DNA of 32,018 nt from Planctomycetota bacterium (GCA_036745875.1 DAIOFH010000035.1:1-32018), one strand, 5' to 3'. Counted from the first letter of the stretch, positions 9,728 to 18,381 are shown. The notes: generated by a model not told the origin, from the sequence alone. Translations and numbers: made by a program.

Positions 9728-9998
9728 CTTCGTAATAGTCCTTGTTCCGGAGCGGGTACCTCCCCTCCGAACGGAAATAAACATTTTAAGAAGTTGTACC
9801 CGCAATTATGAAATTCTCTTTTCCCGATTATCCGGAATAAGAGGCATTAGGAAAGACTTCTTTCCAAAAACGGCGGAAAAGTTCAGGGCAAAAGTCTTTC
9901 ACCACCTACCAGTATAAGCGGAAGGCGTATCCAGGGAAACATTTAAGTGACGCGGAATAATTCTCTTTACAATGGCCAAAAATATGCTACCATTCAGC

Positions 9999-10016
9999 AA
10001 CTAACGAACGTTAGTT
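9999..10016. promoter_or_regulatory. Candidate TetR operator: palindrome AACTAACG-AA-CGTTAGTT in the tetR / phosphatase divergent promoter region
   Basis: 8-bp arms with a 2-bp spacer, 66 bp upstream of the TetR start. Flanked by a perfect 10-bp inverted repeat GCTACCATTC (9986-9995) / GAATGGTAGC (10070-10079), the latter overlapping the tetR RBS. Confidence 0.4.
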
Positions 10017-10082
10017 CGTGGCAAATGACAGTATCTATAGTCGAGCGTAATATAAAACGGCTATACAAGGAATGGTAGCAGG

Positions 10083-10754
10083 ATGAACGCTGCAAACAAG
10101 AGTTTCGACTTCAACATTCTGGGCGAAAGTTATCCAATCCCCCGGATAGAAACGGAAAGCCAAACCAAGGAAAACATCCTGGTAAATGCAACACTGCTTT
10201 TTGCCAAAAAAGGATATGCTGCGGTATCAATGCGCGAGATTGCCGATGCCACCGGTATTAAGCCCGCCTCTCTCTATAATCACTTTACCAACAAGGAAAT
10301 ACTGTGGCAAAATGTCCTCTGGCATGCGAAAGAACTGTATCTCCTTTATTTTGCGCATCTTGACGAAACGCTCGCTTCGGCGGAAACATTCGAGGAAGTA
10401 CTGGAGGTGATCTTCACGGAACCGAAACGCATGGCCAATGTCTTTACCTGCTATGCCTTCAGCATGACCCAGGCAGAGCAGTTCAGGGACAGGGCCGCGG
10501 GCGATTTTTTCACCTCCGTCTGTCTCGAATACAGCATTGATTTTTTGCAGTCATGGCTGGAGAAGTGCATCGCCAAGGGCCTTGTTAAACCATTTGACGC
10601 CAAAGCCGTGGCAGGAATCATCATGCACAGCGTCCTGATCGGGTTGAGCGTAAAAGTGCAGGAATGCATGGGGCGTAATGCACCTTATGACTACAACCTC
10701 ATGTTCTCGCAGCTGCAGGCTTTCATCCTGAACGCGGTGAAAAAGAACCGCTGA
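10083..10754 (+). CDS. TetR/AcrR family transcriptional regulator
   Basis: N-terminal HTH (TLLFAKKGYAAVSMREIADATGIKPASLYNHFTNKE) and a helical ligand-binding domain; 223 aa. Confidence 0.85.
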   Translation: MNAANKSFDFNILGESYPIPRIETESQTKENILVNATLLFAKKGYAAVSMREIADATGIKPASLYNHFTNKEILWQNVLWHAKELYLLYFAHLDETLASAETFEEVLEVIFTEPKRMANVFTCYAFSMTQAEQFRDRAAGDFFTSVCLEYSIDFLQSWLEKCIAKGLVKPFDAKAVAGIIMHSVLIGLSVKVQECMGRNAPYDYNLMFSQLQAFILNAVKKNR

Positions 10755-10808
10755 CAGCCAAAAGCCATCACAACCCGATCGTTCAACCACTCATACATCA
10801 TTATTTAT

Positions 10809-10882
10809 GCCCCGAAGGTGAAGGGAAAGCATTAAACGGACGGCCATCCTTATTATGCGTACCTTCGGGGCGAGTATTTTTA
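10809..10882 (+). terminator. Long stem-loop plus T-run after tetR (possible bidirectional terminator between tetR and uvrA)
   Basis: gccccgaaggt (10809-10819) pairs with accttcggggc (10861-10871) over a 41-nt loop, followed by gagtattttta. Confidence 0.4.
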
Positions 10883-10956
10883 GCCATAGCCACAATCCCG
10901 GCAATCGACCAAAGTAACCCTACCTTAATGATACCACCCCAGAACTCCTACGCAAA

Positions 10957-13785
10957 TCAAAGCATTCGTTTCAGATACTCGCCGGTCAGGCTCTTCGGAT
11001 TTTTGGCCACGTCCTCGGGCGTGCCGACGGCGATGATTTCGCCGCCCCGGTCGCCGCCTTCCGGGCCGAGGTCGATGATCCAGTCCGCCGACTTGACCAC
11101 ATCCAGATTATGCTCGATGACGATGACCGTGTTGCCCATGCTGACGAGCCGCTGCAGCACGTCCAAAAGACGCCGGATATCTGCGAAATGCAGGCCGGTC
11201 GTCGGTTCGTCAAGTATATAGACGGTTTTTCCGGTGGCGCGCCGCGACAATTCGGTCGCGAGCTTGACGCGCTGCGCCTCGCCGCCCGAAAGGGTGGTGC
11301 TGCTCTGCCCCAATGTCACATAGCCAAGGCCGACGTCGACAAGCGTTTCTATGCCCTCGCGAAGAGGCGGAATATTTTGGAAAAACGGCAGCGCCTCCGC
11401 TATCGGCATGGCCAGCACTTCGGCGATGTTTTTCCCCTTGTACCGGACTTCGAGCGTTTCGCGGTTGTAACGGGTCCCTTTGCATTGCTCGCATTCGACA
11501 AACACATCGGGAAGGAAATGCATCTCGATTTTGATCAATCCCGCGCCCTGGCAGTGTTCGCAACGCCCGCCCTTGACGTTGAAGCTGAACCGCCCCGGCT
11601 GGTAGCCGCGCATTTTGGCTTCGGATGTTTGGGTGTAGAGCTTCCTGATGTCGTCGAAAATACCCGTGTAGGTCGCCGGATTGGAGCGCGGCGTCTTGCC
11701 GATCGGCGACTGGTCGATTTCGATTATCTTGTCGATCTTGTCCAGGCCTGTCAGATTCTCGTACGGCGCGGGCTTTTCCTTGGAGCCGTTGATGTGCCGC
11801 CTGAGCGCCCGGCACAACGTCTGGGTCACCAGGGTAGACTTCCCCGAACCGGAAACGCCGGTGACGCAGGTCAGGCCGCCCAAGGGGAAACGCGCCGTGA
11901 CGTTTTTCAGGTTGTTGCCGGTCGCCCCCGAGAGAACGAGGGCGTTTTTCTTCGCGTCCACCTTGCGGCGCGATTCGGGGATGCTGATTTTTTCCCGCCC
12001 GGAGAGAAACGCCCCCGTCGGGCTGTCCGGATGCCCGGCCACTTCCTCGACAGTGCCGGCGGCGACGATTTCCCCGCCCAGGCGGCCGGCTCCGGGGCCA
12101 AGGTCCAGAAGGTAATCGGCGGCGCGAATAACGTCCTCGTCGTGCTCCACCACCAGTACGGTGTTGCCAAGGTCGCGCATCTTGAGAAGGGTTCCGAGGA
12201 GCCGGTCATTGTCGCGCTGGTGCAGGCCGATAGTCGGTTCATCCAGCACATAGCAGACGCCAACCAGCCCCGACCCCACCTGCGAAGCAAGGCGGATGCG
12301 CTGGTGCTCGCCGCCGGACAAGGAACCGGTCATGCGGGACAAGGTCAGGTACTCGAGGCCGACGTCGATCATGAAGGTCAAGCGCTTGATGACTTCCGAA
12401 CGGATCGGCGCGGCGACCGCCTCGCCTTCGGTATCAAGCTTGAGATCCTGCATGAACTCGAACGCCATGCGGGTCGACTTGGAGACGATCTCATGGATGT
12501 TGAGGCCGCCCACCCGCACGGCAAGCGCCTCCGGCCTGAGCCGTGCGCCGTGGCAGACGGGACAGAGCTGCTCCGCCATGTATTCGTGGATCTTCTGCTT
12601 GACGAATTCGCTTTCCGTCTTGTTGAACTGGGCCTCAAGCATGGGGATGACGCCCTCGAAGCCCGGCCCGTCCGGTTCCTTGTCCTCGGCATTCGCCTTG
12701 CGGGAGTCGGGATCCCCCCAAAGAAAGGCGTCCTTGGCCTTTTTGGGAATCTTGTTGAAGGGCTGCTTGAGGTCGACCTTATAGCTGCGGGCAAACTCCC
12801 GCACGACCCAGTGATATTGGGTTGAGAGATACATCCCGCCCTTGCGGGTTATTTCAAACGCATGGTTTGCGAGGGACAGCGTCGGGTCAGGGATGATCAG
12901 GTCGGGGTCAAGCTCGAGCTTCGTCCCCAGGCCGTCGCAGGCCGGGCATGCGCCGAAAGGCGAGTTGAAGGAAAACATGCGCGGTTCGAGTTCCGAAAAG
13001 GAAATGCCGCAGTCGGGACAGCCGAAGTTTTCGCTGTATAGAATATCATGCCAGTCGTCCTTGCCCCGTTCTATGGTGGCGATCACCAGACCGCCCGAAA
13101 GCTTTAGGGCAGTCTCGACGGACTCGGCCAGCCTGCCCTGCGAGTCCTCTTTCACCGCGAGGCGGTCTATGACCGCTTCAAGGGTGTGCTTGCGGCGCTT
13201 TTGCGGAATTTCGTTCAGTTCGCCCAGTTCCTGCATAAGGCCGTCTATGCGTGCGCGGATATAGCCTTCGCGCTTCAGCATGGCGATGATGTCCTTGTGT
13301 TCGCCCTTGCGTTCGCGAATGATGGGGGAAAGGATCATCACCCTTTTGCCCTTCGCCTCGGCCATGATCGAATCGACGATCTGCTGCGAGGTCTGGCGGG
13401 TGATCGGCTTGCCGCACTGCCAGCAATGGGGGATGCCCGCCCGCGCGAACAGCAGGCGCAGGTAGTCGTAGATTTCCGTGGTCGTCGCCACGGTCGAACG
13501 CGGCGTCGCGTGGCCTTTTCTCTGTTCGATGGCGATAGTCGGCGGCAGGCCGCTGATGGACTCGACATCCGGCTTCCCCGTCATTTCCAGGAATTGCCGC
13601 GCGTAGGCGGAAAGGCTCTCGACATACCGGCGCTGCCCTTCGACATAGATGGTGTCGAAAGCGAGGCTGGATTTTCCCGAACCGGACAAACCGGTCAGTA
13701 CGGTCAGGGTATTTCGGGGAATGTCATGGCTGACACTCCGGAGGTTATGTTCACGCGCGTTAACGATTTTGATATACTCGGTCAT
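10957..13785 (-). CDS. uvrA: Excinuclease ABC subunit A
   Basis: 942 aa; the N-terminus MTEYIKIVNAREHNLRSVSHDIPRNTLTVLTGLSGSGKSSLAFDTIYVEGQRRYVESLSAYARQFL aligns to UvrA. Contains two ABC ATPase modules and zinc-finger Cys clusters. Confidence 0.95.
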   Translation of the reverse strand: MTEYIKIVNAREHNLRSVSHDIPRNTLTVLTGLSGSGKSSLAFDTIYVEGQRRYVESLSAYARQFLEMTGKPDVESISGLPPTIAIEQRKGHATPRSTVATTTEIYDYLRLLFARAGIPHCWQCGKPITRQTSQQIVDSIMAEAKGKRVMILSPIIRERKGEHKDIIAMLKREGYIRARIDGLMQELGELNEIPQKRRKHTLEAVIDRLAVKEDSQGRLAESVETALKLSGGLVIATIERGKDDWHDILYSENFGCPDCGISFSELEPRMFSFNSPFGACPACDGLGTKLELDPDLIIPDPTLSLANHAFEITRKGGMYLSTQYHWVVREFARSYKVDLKQPFNKIPKKAKDAFLWGDPDSRKANAEDKEPDGPGFEGVIPMLEAQFNKTESEFVKQKIHEYMAEQLCPVCHGARLRPEALAVRVGGLNIHEIVSKSTRMAFEFMQDLKLDTEGEAVAAPIRSEVIKRLTFMIDVGLEYLTLSRMTGSLSGGEHQRIRLASQVGSGLVGVCYVLDEPTIGLHQRDNDRLLGTLLKMRDLGNTVLVVEHDEDVIRAADYLLDLGPGAGRLGGEIVAAGTVEEVAGHPDSPTGAFLSGREKISIPESRRKVDAKKNALVLSGATGNNLKNVTARFPLGGLTCVTGVSGSGKSTLVTQTLCRALRRHINGSKEKPAPYENLTGLDKIDKIIEIDQSPIGKTPRSNPATYTGIFDDIRKLYTQTSEAKMRGYQPGRFSFNVKGGRCEHCQGAGLIKIEMHFLPDVFVECEQCKGTRYNRETLEVRYKGKNIAEVLAMPIAEALPFFQNIPPLREGIETLVDVGLGYVTLGQSSTTLSGGEAQRVKLATELSRRATGKTVYILDEPTTGLHFADIRRLLDVLQRLVSMGNTVIVIEHNLDVVKSADWIIDLGPEGGDRGGEIIAVGTPEDVAKNPKSLTGEYLKRML

Positions 13786-13802
13786 ATGCTCGTCTGCTTA
13801 TT

Positions 13803-13839
13803 AAACAATAAAAACCGCCGCCTTGATATCCAAGGCGGC
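13803..13839 (-). terminator. Rho-independent terminator (of the hicAB transcript) only about 15 nt upstream of the uvrA start codon
   Basis: Perfect 9-bp stem gccgccttg (13817-13825) / caaggcggc (13831-13839), loop atatc; the minus strand continues tttttattgttt. Confidence 0.55.
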
Positions 13840-14001
13840 TCGGTTGACATTATACCGTATCCGTTATTAATGTCGATACGGGACGTTTTGCCTTTGAAGC
13901 ATTTAAAATAGGGAACTTCCGCCTTCCTCGGCGTTTTCTGTGTTTGGCAATCCGGAGATTCATCCGCCTTTCTTTCCAAATCCTGGTACCGAAAGCGGAT
14001 T

Positions 14002-14415
14002 TTACCGTACGGTCGTTTTTTTCCTGGGTTTTCGCTGGGCTTGGGCGATGACCGGGGTCTTTCTTCGTTTGCCTCGGCCAAAGCCGGCGGCATTGAACGC
14101 AGCGACCGCGATATCGGATACGCTTTTTCCCGATTTTTCCGCCTTTTCAAAAATTGTCTGATAGACAGTCGTTGGTACGGTCACGGTAATTTCAGTTTCA
14201 GCCGGCATTTCCGGATTTCGGCCCAATTCAGCGCAGGCGGCGAGATACGAGTCAATCCCATTTTCAAAGTCTTTTCGTAATTCGGCAACGCTGTCGCCAT
14301 GAAAACCAATTAACGTCTTGGTCAGCCCCACAACCTCGCCGACAAAACAACCGTCAACGTCGCTATATTCGACAGCTCCGGTATACCCTTTATAAAACAT
14401 GAAGTTTTGACTCAT
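14002..14415 (-). CDS. hicB: HicB-family antitoxin (HicB N-domain plus C-terminal ribbon-helix-helix)
   Basis: MSQNFMFYKGYTGAVEYSDVDGCFVGEVVGLTKTLIGFHGDSVAELRKDFENGIDSYL is the COG4226/HicB_lk pattern. The C-terminus TVTVPTTVYQTIFEKAEKSGKSVSDIAVAAF is RHH-like. Its start overlaps the hicA stop (ATGA). Confidence 0.8.
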   Translation of the reverse strand: MSQNFMFYKGYTGAVEYSDVDGCFVGEVVGLTKTLIGFHGDSVAELRKDFENGIDSYLAACAELGRNPEMPAETEITVTVPTTVYQTIFEKAEKSGKSVSDIAVAAFNAAGFGRGKRRKTPVIAQAQRKPRKKTTVR

Positions 14416-14666
14416 GGCTCAATCCCTGACTTAAGCAAGAAAAGGCGGATCGACTTTACCTGGTATTCGAGGGCCTCTTTCCCGGGATGCGGCCGGTGAA
14501 GATCAAGGCCAATTTCACCCAGCTGGAAAAAGACTCGCGATCCCTGCCCTTCAATCACCTCGCATCCCAATGCCGTCAATAACGATTCAATATCCCGAAA
14601 AGGAATACTTTTTGGAACCTTCTTGGCGAACAACGCACTCAATATCTTCCGCTGCCGATTATTCAT
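14412..14666 (-). CDS. hicA: HicA-family toxin (mRNA interferase), possibly with an altered catalytic residue
   Basis: 84 aa; ...IESLLTALGCEVIEGQGSRVFFQL...HRPHPGKEALEYQVKSIRLFLLKSGI matches the HicA_toxin/YcfA pattern, but the usual GSH is GSR here. Canonical toxin-first order upstream of hicB. Confidence 0.7.
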   Translation of the reverse strand: MNNRQRKILSALFAKKVPKSIPFRDIESLLTALGCEVIEGQGSRVFFQLGEIGLDLHRPHPGKEALEYQVKSIRLFLLKSGIEP

Positions 14667-14712
14667 GCTCTATATTACCTTAAATCATCGGGCAAAGTCA
14701 AATTGGAGCGCT

Positions 14713-15273
14713 CTATTCCAGATTCGCATGCCGCTTGAACATGACTTCGGAAGTCAAATTCATCTGGCTCATCAATTCCATGGTCAGCGCGTCGAAAAAC
14801 AGGAACATGCCCTGTTCGAACAGATTGGCCATCGGCTGGGCGGACTGGACGCCGCCGCTTGTCGCCACTTTCGGGGAAAAGGTCTCGAGAACCACCGTCA
14901 GGTCGGCCATCTTCGCGATGGACGACTCTTCACGCGAACTGACCAGAGCCACCTTGGCCCCGATGGCCTTGGCCCTTTCCGCCATCGCCTTCAGGCTGGC
15001 CGTTTCCCCGGACCCCGAGCCTATCAGCAGGAGATCGCCCGCCTGGATGGCGGGAGTCACCACCTCGCCGACGACAAACGCCGGCTTCGACATGTGCATC
15101 AGACGCATGGCGAATCCCCGCAGGAACAACCCGGAACGCCCCGCACCGGCCAAAAACACCGAATCCGCGTCAAGAATCAGGCGAACAAGGTTTTCACCGC
15201 CGCCAATGCCCATGTGGTCGTACAGCTCCTTGAGTTCGGTGATGATCAGTTCAAGGTTTCGTTTGATCGGCAT
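14713..15273 (-). CDS. SIS-domain protein, 6-phospho-3-hexuloisomerase (HxlB)-like
   Basis: FLAGAGRSGLFLRGFAMRLMHM...LLLIGSGSGETASL SIS motifs; about 186 aa. Start at MPIKRN (ATG 15271-15273), preceded by GGAGGAAGAA. Confidence 0.7.
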   Translation of the reverse strand: MPIKRNLELIITELKELYDHMGIGGGENLVRLILDADSVFLAGAGRSGLFLRGFAMRLMHMSKPAFVVGEVVTPAIQAGDLLLIGSGSGETASLKAMAERAKAIGAKVALVSSREESSIAKMADLTVVLETFSPKVATSGGVQSAQPMANLFEQGMFLFFDALTMELMSQMNLTSEVMFKRHANLE

Positions 15274-15297
15274 TTCTTCCTCCAGTAAGATACGCGT

Positions 15298-16065
15298 ATG
15301 GAAACATCGACAAATTCCCGACACGACAATGCATTTGCCTCATTCTTCGCACGGATCTTCAGGCCGTGCCTCGGTCTTTTTGTTTCGGCGGTCACTCCGC
15401 CCGCCTGCCGCCACTGCGGCGACGCGCTTGCCGGATACAGGAACCCGTTCCTCTGCCCCCAATGCCTTGGCGAACTGAAATGGATCGGCGCCGGGGCGTG
15501 CAGGGGTTGCGGCTATCCCGCCGGTCCCCACGCGGAATTGGGAAAAAGCTGCCGCCATTGCCACGGGAGAAACACCTCCCTCACCGGAGTCCTCGCGGCG
15601 GTGCGCTATGCCAAAGGGGCGAGGAGCCTGGTCACGGCGCTGAAATTCCACGGCGAAACGGAACTGGCGGCGCCGATGGCGGAAATAATGGCCCTGCGGG
15701 CGCAGGAATTCCCTTTGTCCCGGCTGGATCTCGTCCTGCCCATACCATTGCATCCGTCAAGGGAACGCGCGCGTGGATTCAACCAGGCAGAACTGCTGGC
15801 TGCCCGCATCGCCTCGCGGCTGTCAATCCGGCTGGAAACGGCTGCCGTCAAAAAAACGCGCCATACCACGCCGCAATCCGCCCTCACCCGCCTCGAACGC
15901 ATCGAAAACGCCAAAGGGAACTTCCGGACAGACGCCGATCTCACAGGCAAGTCGATACTCCTGGTGGACGACGTCGTCACCACAGGGGCGACCCTGGCGG
16001 AATGCGCCCATGCCCTTCGCGGCGCGGGGGCGAAACACGTCTATGCACTCGCCTTTGCGCGGTAA
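15298..16065 (+). CDS. comF: ComF family protein (double zinc ribbon plus phosphoribosyltransferase-like domain)
   Basis: CRHCGDALAGYRNPFLCPQC...CRGCG...CRHCHG zinc ribbons. The C-terminal PRTase motif SILLVDDVVTTGATLAEC. Confidence 0.75.
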   Translation: METSTNSRHDNAFASFFARIFRPCLGLFVSAVTPPACRHCGDALAGYRNPFLCPQCLGELKWIGAGACRGCGYPAGPHAELGKSCRHCHGRNTSLTGVLAAVRYAKGARSLVTALKFHGETELAAPMAEIMALRAQEFPLSRLDLVLPIPLHPSRERARGFNQAELLAARIASRLSIRLETAAVKKTRHTTPQSALTRLERIENAKGNFRTDADLTGKSILLVDDVVTTGATLAECAHALRGAGAKHVYALAFAR

Positions 16066-16073
16066 GGACCGGA

Positions 16074-16586
16074 TTATTCCCTGCCGAAAATGCTCAGGAT
16101 CTCCGAAATGTAAAGCGTATGGTAATCCTTGTCCGGATACCATTCGGCATCCACTTTTTTGTCAATGAAGGACGCCGGGTCATAGGGCTGGTGAAACAGC
16201 TTGCGGCAGATGAAAACATAGTCGGATTCGGCGAAATACGGCGCTTTTTCCGCATGGTCGACGGTGAACCCCGACTTGGCGATCTTGTCCACGTCCCTTC
16301 CCGACACCGAACCCAGCATGCTTTGGATTTCGCGGTATTTCGCAGGGTTCAGGAAGTTCAGCGAAAACGTCTCCGACGCGTCGACGAATTCCTTGGTGTA
16401 GCGCTGCGGACGAATAACGGTGTATGTGACCTTCCGTCCCCACATCACGCCCATCCCGCCCCAGGATGCGGTCATGGCATTGACTTTCCCGGCCTTTTCG
16501 GCCGCGATAACCATCCAGTCGCCGCCAATCATTTTAAACACGCTGTGGTTGAAATCATTCGGATCTATGGTCGTGAACGGTTTCAC
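16074..16586 (-). CDS. Flavin reductase-like (FMN-binding split-barrel) protein
   Basis: 170 aa; ...MIGGDWMVIAAEKAGKVNAMTASWGGMGVMW... is the typical flavin_reduct domain. Confidence 0.75.
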   Translation of the reverse strand: MKPFTTIDPNDFNHSVFKMIGGDWMVIAAEKAGKVNAMTASWGGMGVMWGRKVTYTVIRPQRYTKEFVDASETFSLNFLNPAKYREIQSMLGSVSGRDVDKIAKSGFTVDHAEKAPYFAESDYVFICRKLFHQPYDPASFIDKKVDAEWYPDKDYHTLYISEILSIFGRE

Positions 16587-16613
16587 TCGCTTCTCCTTGA
16601 GGGTCGTTGTTCT

Positions 16614-17612
16614 TCACTCGCCCAAAACAACGCCGTTATTGATGTACGGGTTCGATTTCGCAAGATGGCACTTAACATAATCCTCCACCCCGGCATGAAC
16701 GCCCCGGAAAGTGCCGGTGTAACCGGCCTCCCTGAGCCGCGTCATGTCTGCAATGGTGAGATACTGGTATTGGTTGCGCAGGTTCGCGGGCATCTCGACG
16801 TACTCGATGTTCGGTTCCATCCCAATGGCGTCGAAGACCGCGCCGGCCAGTTCGTTCCAGCTTTCGGCGACCCCGGAGCCGATGTTGAAAATGCCGTTGG
16901 CGTGGCGGTTGTTGAGAAGCCACCAGACCACGTCGACAACATCCTTGATATAGACGAAGTCGCGCTTTTGCTCGCCGTCGGCGAACTCCTTGCGGTAGGA
17001 TTTGAACAGGCGGATCCGGCCGGTGTTCCTGATCTGGCCGTAGGCCTTGAACACCATCGAGGCCATGTCGCCCTTATGGTATTCGTTCGGACCGTAGACG
17101 TTGAAGAAACGCAGGCTGGCGATCTTGTCCAGCATCCCGTTGCGGCTGGCCCAATCGTCAAAGAGCAGCTTGGAATAGCCGTACATGTTCAGCGGCCGCA
17201 GCTTGCCGAGGTTTTCCTCGAAATCGTCATACCCGTTTTCGCCCGCTCCGTAGACCGCTCCGGATGAGGCGGTGAGGAAGCGGATGTTTTTCACCAGCGC
17301 CGACTCGCACAGGAGACGGGTGAACTGGAAATTATTCTTCAAAAGATAATCGCCGTCCGTTTCGGTGGTGGATGAACATGCGCCGAAATGGATCAGCGAC
17401 TCCACGCCGTCCGGAAGCCCGTTGTCCCGGTCCAGACGTTCGAGAAATTCGTCCCGGCTCATGATCTCGGAAAAACGCAATCCCGGGAGATTGCGCCATT
17501 TAAGGCCTGATTCGAGATCGTCGACGACCCAGACATCGTCAATCCCCTCCAGGTTCAGCTTCCAAACCATGGCGCTGCCGATAAAGCCGGCGCCGCCTGT
17601 GACTATATGCAT
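16614..17612 (-). CDS. hldD: ADP-L-glycero-D-manno-heptose-6-epimerase
   Basis: MHIVTGGAGFIGSAMVWKLN Rossmann N-terminus, the YGYSKLLFD catalytic YxxxK, and HldD/RfaD-like length and motifs. Confidence 0.85.
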   Translation of the reverse strand: MHIVTGGAGFIGSAMVWKLNLEGIDDVWVVDDLESGLKWRNLPGLRFSEIMSRDEFLERLDRDNGLPDGVESLIHFGACSSTTETDGDYLLKNNFQFTRLLCESALVKNIRFLTASSGAVYGAGENGYDDFEENLGKLRPLNMYGYSKLLFDDWASRNGMLDKIASLRFFNVYGPNEYHKGDMASMVFKAYGQIRNTGRIRLFKSYRKEFADGEQKRDFVYIKDVVDVVWWLLNNRHANGIFNIGSGVAESWNELAGAVFDAIGMEPNIEYVEMPANLRNQYQYLTIADMTRLREAGYTGTFRGVHAGVEDYVKCHLAKSNPYINNGVVLGE

Positions 17613-17642
17613 ACCTGTTCCTTTGTTTCAATGTCCCTCAAA

Positions 17643-17667
17643 CAAAAAAAATCGGCGTAACGCCGCT
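17643..17667 (-). terminator. Short GC hairpin plus T8 after arfB
   Basis: cggcg-taa-cgccg stem, followed on the minus strand by tttttttt. Confidence 0.45.
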
Positions 17668-17713
17668 TTATTAATAATATAAAAAGATGGGGAAAAGGCA
17701 AACAGTTACGCCC

Positions 17714-18151
17714 TCACACATCGTCGTCGGACTGGCGTCGGTCCTGTTTGCGCGCCGCCTGCCTTTTTTTGTCGGCGAGGCGGCGTTCCCTGGACGCCCT
17801 GGTCGGCTTGGTGGGAGTGCGTTTTTTGACCGGCTTCAGCGCTTCATTGACGAGAAAGCGAAAACGCCCCGCCGCGTCCGCCCTGTTCGCCGATTGGCTG
17901 CGTTCGACAGAAGAGGTAATTTTCAGAATGCCGTCACTGTTGATGAAGCGCGCCAGCCGCGCCATGACGCGGTTCTTCTGCCAGTCGGTAAGCGCACCGC
18001 TGGCCTGGGGGGCGAAACAAAGGGTGGCAACGCTCGATACCTTGTTGACGTTCTGGCCGCCGGGCCCGGAGGCATGCGAAAACTCGTACCAGACCTCGTG
18101 GTCCGGGATGGCGAGCCGCTCGTTGATGTAATAATCGTGCCTGATAGTCAT
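17714..18151 (-). CDS. arfB: Alternative ribosome-rescue factor ArfB (peptidyl-tRNA hydrolase, YaeJ family)
   Basis: GGQ motif in HASGPGGQNVNKV and a basic C-terminal tail (KKRTPTKPTRASRERRLADKKRQAARK). ATG start at 18149-18151; the ORF-track M1 is a TTG. Confidence 0.8.
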   Translation of the reverse strand: MTIRHDYYINERLAIPDHEVWYEFSHASGPGGQNVNKVSSVATLCFAPQASGALTDWQKNRVMARLARFINSDGILKITSSVERSQSANRADAAGRFRFLVNEALKPVKKRTPTKPTRASRERRLADKKRQAARKQDRRQSDDDV

Positions 18152-18165
18152 GGAGCGCAATTATC

Positions 18166-18195
18166 CAAATAAAAAAGCCGCCTGGCAAGGCGGCT
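18166..18195 (-). terminator. Rho-independent terminator after the rubredoxin gene
   Basis: agccgcct-ggca-aggcggct stem; the minus strand then reads ttttttattt. Confidence 0.6.
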
Positions 18196-18222
18196 TGTCA
18201 ATTGAGCAACAAAAGTTCCGTA

Positions 18223-18381
18223 TTACTGCTTCGAGAACGACTCCTTGCCCGCGCCGCATTCGGGGCAGACAAAGTCATCCGGAAGCTTGTCAAACGGAGT
18301 GCCGGGAGCAGCGCCACTGATCGAATCGCCCTTGGCGGGATCATAAACCCAGCCGCAAACATCGCAGATATACTTATCCAT
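18223..18381 (-). CDS. Rubredoxin (52 aa), absent from the supplied ORF track because it is under 60 aa
   Basis: Own minus-strand translation [52 protein letters not shown] with CxxCG...CPxCG iron ligands. GGAGA SD 6 nt before the ATG, and a terminator downstream. Confidence 0.85.
   Translation of the reverse strand: MDKYICDVCGWVYDPAKGDSISGAAPGTPFDKLPDDFVCPECGAGKESFSKQ

Noticed and set aside
11110-12825. 571-aa plus-strand ORF
   Set aside because: It is antisense to uvrA, whose identity is unambiguous, and has no domain signature
13782-14150. 122-aa minus-strand ORF overlapping the hicB 3' end and the uvrA start
   Set aside because: It is in a different frame from hicB and overlaps the uvrA ATG and the terminator. 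Its basic, low-complexity translation has no homolog-like features
14713-15324. Longer N-terminal extensions given by the ORF track for several genes (for example hxlB-like 15,324; ruvB 1,181; cysS 18,599; rtcA 24,918; arfB 18,160)
   Set aside because: The extended starts are non-ATG codons or lack an RBS, and the added residues have no counterpart in the respective families. Internal ATGs preceded by good SD sequences were used instead
15366-17267. 633-aa plus-strand ORF
   Set aside because: It overlaps comF in another frame and runs antisense through the flavin reductase and hldD. Its composition is Arg/Gly/Pro-rich, a GC artefact
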